Shown here: piece after piece, positions 1 through 8,578 of the stretch
Layout: every line of letters begins with the position of its first letter
Numbering within the stretch: the first letter of the stretch is position 1
NCBI GenBank assembly: GCA_021613535.1
Contig: CP075494.1
Span: forward strand, 4,526,001-4,590,000
DNA length: 64,000 nt
Source: Adineta vaga
Lineage: Eukaryota > Animalia > Rotifera
Direction of reading: 5' to 3'
Translations under genes and position numbers: made by a program
The notes under the pieces: model-generated
Database searches by the model: none
What the model was told of the DNA's origin: nothing
Seen by the model: the letters and a program-made list of their open reading frames with translations, nothing else

Positions 1-114
1 ATCAATTTTACTCTTTATTTCATATGTCATAAACATTTGTTGATGGTTTCTGTTGCATGCAGTTGAACAGATTGTGAAATGAGGATTATTTTTCTTCATC
101 GTTTACTACTTTGG

Positions 115-1725
115 TTATAGCAGGACTTTATCTTGATGTATGATTCCATATTTTTGTCTTAATTGATGTAATAATGTATGATTATATGAACAGGTAAGAT
201 TTTTTTGATTGTCAATAATACCTCCAATTTTCCATTGTCGATATTCATGAACAAGTTCTTCAATCCAAAAGTTAAAACAAAAAAATTTCGTTCGTTCCGA
301 TCTGATTGTTACTGATGAACAAAATTCTTTATCTTTTTCACACATTTCAATAAATAACTGTCCATCTTTCGCTAAATTTTCATATGGATTCACTGGTATT
401 CGAAATCCTTGAAGAATAAGTTGACCTGCTTGTCGAACTAACCTTACGATTTCATCTTTTTTAATACCTTTAATTCGTTCATTAATTGGATAATAAAGAC
501 CTTTAATATAAGGTATTCCACTGGTCATATATTGTTCACCATATGAAGTAAATACGTACTTAGTTTTATCCGAACCATCTGGTTTTAATCCTCCAAGATT
601 AATATGAACAGATCCATCGGAGAGAAATGTTTGATACATTTGACCAGTTCCTGGTGCACTAATATGAATATTCATTTGACGTAAGAGACGTAATTGTGCT
701 ATGAATAGATTATCTTGAAATGGCGATTGACTAAAATTTCTCAGTGGAACTTGTTCATAATGAAGATATGAAATATGAATCAATGGCCATTCACGTTGTA
801 AGTTTTGATTTAAATAAAAATTTGTATAATTATTAATTTCTTGAATTGCCTCTTTGATTTCTTGAATATCATCATCAAAAAAACGTTTATTATGAATAAT
901 ATATGCTTGAAGAATCTTATTCAATGATAGTTTTTGTCGAATTAATCCATGTTGTCGATACATTCGCTCACGAAATAATCGTGAACCATCTAATTCCAAA
1001 CCACCAGGTAATTGAAAATTTGATTGTGTACAACGTTGACACATTGTTCCACTTCCCATTATGATTTCATCAAACATAAACCAGCGTCGTAAAGACATTT
1101 CTCTTAACATTGTTTCTTTAATGATCGGAAGACCAGAAAATTGTTGATAAATATCTTCACTCCAACATTTCTCACAATCACGAAAATCTGTAAAAAGTCG
1201 AAACGGTTGAAGATGTCGAGGAGTAAATCGAATTAGTGCAAGATAAGCTGGATAGAGACCATCAAATAATGCATGACCAATATTATATTGCCAATCTTGA
1301 ATAAAATAAACAGTTGGATCAGGAATAATAGTTGGTTCAGCGATCGTTCGAACATAATCTTCTAAAGAACGATAAGAATCAAATTCACGTTCTGCTATTA
1401 CTGTTGACCAAACTTGAAGAGAATTTGTTCGAACGGAATAATTTGGTAGAGATGTTCCTTTGACTTTGAAAATCATAAATCCACTATTGATATAATATAA
1501 ATTTTCAAATAAACAAGATTGATTTATCAATGAACCTACACAACGAATACGTGTTTCAAACGTTTTATTTTTTTCATCAATCGATGTTGATTTAATTTGA
1601 AGTATAACAGATTTGACCATCACTTTCTGTCTTACAATAACGAAGAGAAGAATAAGACTGATAATAATAATTAAGAATTTAACAAATGATTTTATTGATG
1701 ATGCCATCTTTCGTCTAATCAACAT
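115..1725 (-). CDS. GT61-like (DUF563-type) type II membrane glycosyltransferase
   Basis: Intronless 536-aa ORF with an N-terminal TM anchor. NIGHALFD and HISAPGTGQMYQTFLSDGSVHINL resemble GT61 motifs. Clear paralog at 49496-51194. Confidence 0.65.
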   Translation of the reverse strand: MLIRRKMASSIKSFVKFLIIIISLILLFVIVRQKVMVKSVILQIKSTSIDEKNKTFETRIRCVGSLINQSCLFENLYYINSGFMIFKVKGTSLPNYSVRTNSLQVWSTVIAEREFDSYRSLEDYVRTIAEPTIIPDPTVYFIQDWQYNIGHALFDGLYPAYLALIRFTPRHLQPFRLFTDFRDCEKCWSEDIYQQFSGLPIIKETMLREMSLRRWFMFDEIIMGSGTMCQRCTQSNFQLPGGLELDGSRLFRERMYRQHGLIRQKLSLNKILQAYIIHNKRFFDDDIQEIKEAIQEINNYTNFYLNQNLQREWPLIHISYLHYEQVPLRNFSQSPFQDNLFIAQLRLLRQMNIHISAPGTGQMYQTFLSDGSVHINLGGLKPDGSDKTKYVFTSYGEQYMTSGIPYIKGLYYPINERIKGIKKDEIVRLVRQAGQLILQGFRIPVNPYENLAKDGQLFIEMCEKDKEFCSSVTIRSERTKFFCFNFWIEELVHEYRQWKIGGIIDNQKNLTCSYNHTLLHQLRQKYGIIHQDKVLL

Positions 1726-3002
1726 TCTGATTTCAATCAGAAAACACCGAAGTTTTAACAGTTGCTTTTATGGTAAACATTTCGATTTGATTGAAAAATG
1801 TTAACAAAATTATTTACATAACTGTACTTTTCTCTTTTTTCATTCTGTCTCAAAAAAGAATTCAACGTTGAATCTACCAAAGAAATGATTCATTCAAGGT
1901 AAAATTTATTATCATCGTGGTCCTCATGTGCAAATATCCTTCAAAATAAGATAAGCCATTTGTTTTCGTTTGTGTAAACATAATTTGTACTATAATCGAA
2001 TCGAATGATATGTGGCTTAACATTATAGTAGAGTTGAATGTGGTTACCAAAGTAATTATTAATGAAAGAAGTGGCAAATGCATATACTTTCATGAAGCCA
2101 AAATTCAAATTTTTGATAATTATAGTTGAAATATTTAAATAACAAGAGCAGATTATTTATTATCACTGTTAACATCCGAACAAGTGAAGAGCATTGATTC
2201 TTCTATCTTTATTGTAACTGATCCTTTACAAAATCAATTACAACAAGCGATTAATTTAAGAAATATTCCATTGTTGAAAAATATCAATGGACGTGTTTTC
2301 TAATGAATATATCGATGCATTGTATTCTCTAGCGATGGCACGAGATAGCGTCCAATATTTAAGAGCATAGCTTCTACTAAAGCTATTTCATGAAAACAAT
2401 GATGTGTTGCCAAAACGAAGATCATTACGATTGGGAGCCAAAACTGCAATACATCAGAACGAGCAGTACAAGATGCAAAATCAAGAGTATACGCTGAACA
2501 AACACCAATTATAACAACAAGCCAATTATCGGATGAGATTTCATTCGAAACTTCTCAATTAGAAAACAATCATCCATTCATTCAAGATGTAATAAGGTCA
2601 GCATTGAAATGAATTTTACAAAATGTAAAACCAGTAAAGATTTATTCACATCCAGTTAAAGATGAACTATCAGATGTACCAAATGAACATTGGCAAGATC
2701 AACTAAACGAGCTAGATAATTTTATAAATAATGAAATTCAAAAAATTGTCGATCATTACAAACAATATGTTTTACAATAGTTTTCAAACCGAGAATATTT
2801 GGTTTTATATCAGTTGTGTGCATTGGGATCTGATAGTACAAAATTCAAAAATGGAACGTCTTTAATTTCTCAAAAGAAACATCGACTTGATCGTTATGAA
2901 AAACAAACCTACTCGAGTGAGCCCGATGGAGTGGACCAAGTGATCCAAAAGATGATACACTTTTTTTCTTTTTCTCTTCGACTTATTTATTCAATCCGTA
3001 TC

Positions 3003-3901
3003 ATGACTTTGTTCACATCTGTTCTCATCGCTTGGATTGCATTGATAATTATCGGCTCTTATTTTATTCATTCGATTCAGAATTTTTCTCTTCGAATTCT
3101 TCTAACATTCATTCCATGTGTTACATTAACATGAATTACTTCTCAAAATCTTCCTATACTTCATATAACGTCAACGTTAATCGTTGCAATAACTTGGCTG
3201 GTGTCAATTCGTTTGATTCATCTCATAAATGTTTTCAAAAAATCAGTCATTAACATTTCAATCGTTTCTCTTAGAAATTCTTTGGATATTTTTTCCATTT
3301 CGAATAGAACAATCCATGAAAAATCAATGGTCGATTAATTGTACATAACACAAGTTAGTTTTGCACGAATTCTTATGTTCTAAATACATCGATCATGACA
3401 ATATCATATATTCTTGACGTCGAAGCTGTTTTTATTCGAATTCTAACCAAAGATAAATATACAATCGAATCATTTACAGATTTTCCAATTTCAAGTACAT
3501 CATTGCGAGAATTTTGGGGTCGACGATACAATCATTTTGTTGACACTATTTTCAAAGAATCAATATTTGAACCAATTTGTAAAGAATTTTCAAGTTCAAC
3601 AATCGGTGGATTAATTACTTTTATCGTCAGTGGTCTTTTACATATTTATTTAACATCCGTTCTCTTTAATGATTATTCATTCTTAATTCTAACATTTCTG
3701 TTATTCTTCTTACATGGTTTAGTTTGTTGTTTCGAAGCAAATATAAAAGTTAAATTGCCTCATTATATTGGTTGGTTAACAACACATTTATTTCTTTTAC
3801 TAACTACAGGACAAGGATCAACATTTATTCTGTTAAATCCTCCACCACTGATTGATTCAAAATGGATACCAAAACTATTCGTACCTAATTTTTGCCCTTG
3901 A
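3003..3901 (+). pseudogene. MBOAT_2 / wax-synthase-like membrane-bound O-acyltransferase, disrupted
   Basis: SLREFWGRRYN and FIVSGLLH motifs in ORF 3395-3901. The hydrophobic N-terminus (MTLFTSVLIAW...) has an in-frame TGA at ~3132 and further frameshifts/stops before 3395. Confidence 0.7.
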
Positions 3902-4846
3902 GAAAGAAATTTTGTTTTTTTGACTGAGTGAAACTATCAATCTTAATATATCTAACTATGAAGAAAAAAAAAACGGAAATGAAATTAGCACGTTTCTCTT
4001 ATTACAATATACCTGCCTTTCTTTGATAATCGGAAGTTAATTGTCGGTTACATTACAATTGATTATTGAACATGAACGTTCATCAACACATTTTCTTTCA
4101 CTCTCAATTACATCCCTTTTTACCCTAAGAAAACATTCAATTCTGTTCTTTACATTCTTATTGGTCTTTATAAACGATATTTTATCATAAGAAGATTTCT
4201 ATTTGAATAAATCGGAGCAAAAAAAGAACAAACAACATAAACTATACTAAATAGATATGAAGAAGTCGAGAAAGAAGAAAAAATTGCATTGAGATACATT
4301 AGATGAAATCTTCAAAAACAAACTTAATGTTAAAATTGATATAAACTATAGTTAAAACAATTTACTCTAATAATATTCGTCGAAAGAACTGATCTAAAAT
4401 ACATTATCGAATCTTAATCATGACGTAATAGCGATACTCTTAGAAGAAAAAAAATCGATTTTCGAGTTAATAATTAAGAATAATGTGATAAAGTAAAGTA
4501 GAAATATGAATTCGTACAGAATTTATCACCGATATTTTGGATAGACATCATAGAAAATACTGATTAATCGTAATTCTACGTTCATGTTTTTTGGAAATTC
4601 AATAAAATCGTGTCGATTTTTACGACATGAAAAAAAGCTTACAGTTAAGATTTGTTACGGGTGTAATAAAAAAAAATCTTTTTTTCTTTCTATTTCTAAA
4701 CGAAGAATAAGACTTATATTTTTCTCTGTAATAAAAAAAAGAAAACTCGGAAATGCCTTTTGCTATCCTTCACTCATCTTGTAAATGAACTCGATTGCTA
4801 TCATGAAATGACATCCACAAGAGTTATTAATTAGAATTTTATTTTG

Positions 4847-6025
4847 ATGACTTCTATTCTCAGTCGTAGACTTTTATCTTATAAAAATATTCGTATTATT
4901 TATGTAATAGTGGTAATCACTATTCTGACAAAAATCATTAGTTTTTGTTCGTATATCGAAAATTTTATTCGTGTATGACTCATATTCTTTTTTCTATATA
5001 GTTCTATCAAAAAACGTGACTTCTTCTTTCCCAGCAAATTCTGAAGAAAATCTTATTTATCATAATAATGGAATTGCATATGATTATTATTCGAAAGATG
5101 AACTTCGAAAAGCACAAATCGGTTATCAATGGAAGATTTGGTCACTTCCACATAATGTCAAATATCATCAGATATCTCCATTTACTCGATCAAAACTTTC
5201 GTATGTTGATATAATTTATATCATGACCAGTTCACGGTTGATTGAACGACAACAACATTTGAAAAAAGTCTTTCATCGACAAGGAATTTCCATGGAATCA
5301 GTCCATTGGAGGATGAAATGGAATCAAACAACATATAATTCTTCTCGTTCCTATGTTTATCAACGACTTAATCTCAAAGATAAACCATTAGGTAGGCTAT
5401 CGAACTCGAACTCATTCACATTCATATAAACTGAACATTCTTAGATCGAAATCAACAACGACGATGTCCAATAACAATGGAACATGTTGATGTTTGGTAT
5501 GAAATAGCGAAGGAAAAGATTCGTCTAGCATTAATTCTCGAAGATGATGTGATATTTGTTCCATTTTTCAAAGAGAAATTTCTTCGCATGATTTCCACAG
5601 CTATTCATGTGGGCGCATTACAATTGAATCGAACATGTGTCGAACGAAGAGAAGGACATATATCAAAGGATGAACGGATCGAACAAAATCCTATGTTTGT
5701 GATTGGTTCATGTTTTCATTTGCATGATGAATATTTTCGACAATCTTCATCCAATGCTTTTCCATTACTATCAACACAAAAAATGAATGCATCTAGATGT
5801 ACACATGCTTATCTCTTGACATCATGTTCAGCTCAAGCACTGGTAGAACAAATTCATAAGCAAAAGAATGACTTTGTTAATTCTGATTTCTTTCAAAATC
5901 ATTTATTTCGATTATCATCAACACTTCAGTCGTTTTGGATAGATCCCCCATTAGCTTATCAAGGAAATCAAATAGTTGATCATGATCAGATCAAAAGTTT
6001 TCAAGGTCAAACACAAAACGAATAA
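4847..6025 (+). CDS. Glycosyltransferase family 25-like protein (3 exons)
   Basis: ALILEDDV and CTHAYLLT motifs with an N-terminal TM. Intron 5392-5444 (GTAGGC...TTAG) joins ORFs 4971-5429 and 5477-6025 in frame. A first intron is probable at 4941-5001. Confidence 0.75.
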
Positions 6026-6048
6026 AACACTTATTTTTTTAATCTTTT

Positions 6049-8335
6049 TTATTCAATTTTTTTTACACATACATTGTTTCTATAGTATTGAATTGTCTTT
6101 TGAATTCCTATGGAAAGTGAAGTCATTTGAAACGATGGAAAAATTCTTTTGAATTCCGAAGTATCAGCAGTACGACGTAATGGACCATCTTTATTCATAT
6201 CATTATCGAATTGAATCGATCCATTGTAATTTGCATGATGACATATAAGTTGAACAATATCAGCAACAGAGACTTCTTCACCTGCTACAATTAAAGGTTG
6301 TTGTTCATTATAATTTTCTAATGTCCATAAAACAATTTCAGCAAGATCTTGTGCAAACATAATTTGTCGTAAGGGTTTACCTGTTCCAATCATTTGTAAA
6401 GGAATGGATAAATCTTGTTTCTTTTGATTTTCTATTTTTGCAATCAATGCATTTACAAGTGGCGCTGTATTTGGATTGAAATCTCCATAAGCACCAAAGA
6501 AATTCCCTGGTAAAATCGTAACAAAATTACATTGATATTCTTTTCGATACCATTCTGTAAGTTGTGCTAATGATCGTTTAGCATATGCATAGGATTCCGA
6601 TGCTGGATGAGGTAATCCATCGTAAATGGAAGACGTATCGATTGGGAATTGTGCATTTTTTGGAAGCATAACTGTTGATAAGATAGAAACTAATTTTATT
6701 TGACCAATCCATGTTTGAAATTCGAATGTTGTTTGAAGAATATTATTATTTATTGTAACATTATTAATCCAAAATTCCACTGGTTTAGCGGACATTTCTT
6801 GAATGGATGCAAGATGTGCGGCACAATGAATAACACGTGTTGGTTGAAAACGTTTGAAAATCTTTTCAACATCTTTAACTTTTCGAAGATCTCCATCTTG
6901 ACGAGTAATAAAAATCCATTCGGAATCATTTGTTTTAAGCTTTAATGGTTTGGAATCGATTATTACTGATGAATCTGATTGACCTAAGAGAACATCACGA
7001 ATATATTGACCTAACATTCCATTACTTCCTGTAATTAATGTAAAATGATATGGTGAAAATGGAAATGCTAAGATGATCTCTACAAGTTTATCAATAATGG
7101 TTTGATCAAGAGACATTTGATGAACACCAATGAAAAATCCACGTGAATGAATAACTTCTGCACCTGGATAATTTTCCGGATGTTCTTCATCACAAAATAT
7201 TGATATGCAAGGTTGACGAATAAAATTTCCGCTGATAATCGGACGATTCTCAATTCCATTTTTTTCAAGATATTTTAAAAATTCGAAACGTTGATGTGTA
7301 TAACATCGATGTAATAAAAATCCTAAACCAAACCATGCTGGATCTACATCTTCCGAAGGTTCAATCAATGACATTAATGATGAAAATCTTTCATAACGTG
7401 CAAATGTTTCTTTTATAAGACGAAAATTTTCTCGACGATTCTTATTAAATTGATAAAGTTTATCTAATTGAACATTTAACATTGCACCTTGAACTTCTAA
7501 TGGTCGAAGATTATAACCCATATTTATAAATAAAAATCGACAATCAATATCGGGATACAATTCTTCAACTTGTTGACGATTCGTTATGTGTCTAGTCCAC
7601 CCATGGGCCCGTAGACAACGAAGAAAATTATAATCTTCTTCTGTATGACATGTTATCATTCCTCCTTCACCACTTGTAATATGATGTGAAAAATAGAATG
7701 AAAATGTTCCAAAATCTCCAAATGTTCCTAACATTTTCTGTTGACAGAAACTTCCTAATGATTCGCATGTATCTTCAATTAAAATAAGTTGATGTTCTTG
7801 AACAAATTTCATTAATAATTTCATATTAATCGAATTTCCAAGAACATGAACAGCCATAACTGCTTTCACACGATTGGTTAATTTACGTTCAAGTTCATGA
7901 AGAGATATATTGAAAGTACGTGGATCAACATCGACAAAGATTGGACGAAGACCATTTTGAATTAATGGAAATACACTAGTTGACCAACAAACCGCTGGAA
8001 CAAGAACATGATCACCTGGATCACAATGTTTTGGACGTAATTTATTTGCTATTGCTGAAACGCAATAAATTAGCTGAACTACCCGAATTAACCATGACAG
8101 CATAGGATACACCAAGAATTTGTGCAAATTTCTTTTCAACATGTTCAATTTCTTTACCTAAAGTTAATCGACCAGATAATAAAACTTCAGTCATTGCTAA
8201 AATTTCTTCTTCACCAAATGGATTCATTGCTAATGGAAATAAAGTTGATGTATCTTGTTTTTCCGCTGAACGACGAGCATTCCATTCCTTTGCGATAATC
8301 ACTTTCCATATTGGTTTGTTCGTTTCACTATTCAT
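6049..8335 (-). CDS. Fusion: ColD-like PLP-dependent GDP-4-keto-6-deoxymannose 3-dehydratase + GDP-fucose-synthase-like SDR reductase (one frameshift at ~8062)
   Basis: N-domain has DegT-family motifs NSGSSANLL, EDTCESLG, FSFYFSHHITSGEGG (His in place of the Schiff-base Lys) and LRAHGWTR. C-domain has LITGSNGMLG, YAYAK and GTGKPLRQ. ORFs 8042-8353 and 6049-8148 overlap and switch frame at NLL/VSA. Confidence 0.85.
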
Positions 8336-8578
8336 GTTCACTTGATTATACAAGTCGTAATTCTTCTATGCTCTAAGATACAATTAAAATGAATGATGAA
8401 AAGAAATGTTTCTTTTTTTTCTTTCTTTGATCGATAGTTACTAATACTTCTCGATAAAATGTTGAGTAAAATTATAAAGAAATGACAAGCATACATTTCA
8501 TTTTGTGAACGCTTACAAAGGAGAGTAGAGGAAAGGAAAGAAATTACAATTACTTCGGTTAATCGATAAAAAAAGAAC
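8336..8578. promoter_or_regulatory. Short divergent (bidirectional) intergenic region
   Basis: ~240 bp between the head-to-head start codons of the dehydratase-reductase and transporter-GT genes. Promoter function is inferred from position only. Confidence 0.5.

Noticed and set aside
1830-2900. Coding-like + strand stretch with many stops
   Set aside because: May be a decayed gene, but no family could be recognised and no consistent frame reconstructed.
3120-3140. TGA read as Trp or Sec (alternative code) in the MBOAT gene
   Set aside because: TGA serves as a normal stop in other genes here, and this gene has additional lesions.
8042-8075. Programmed ribosomal frameshift in the dehydratase gene
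   Set aside because: No slippery heptamer or obvious stimulatory structure. Similar isolated indels elsewhere point to error or mutation.
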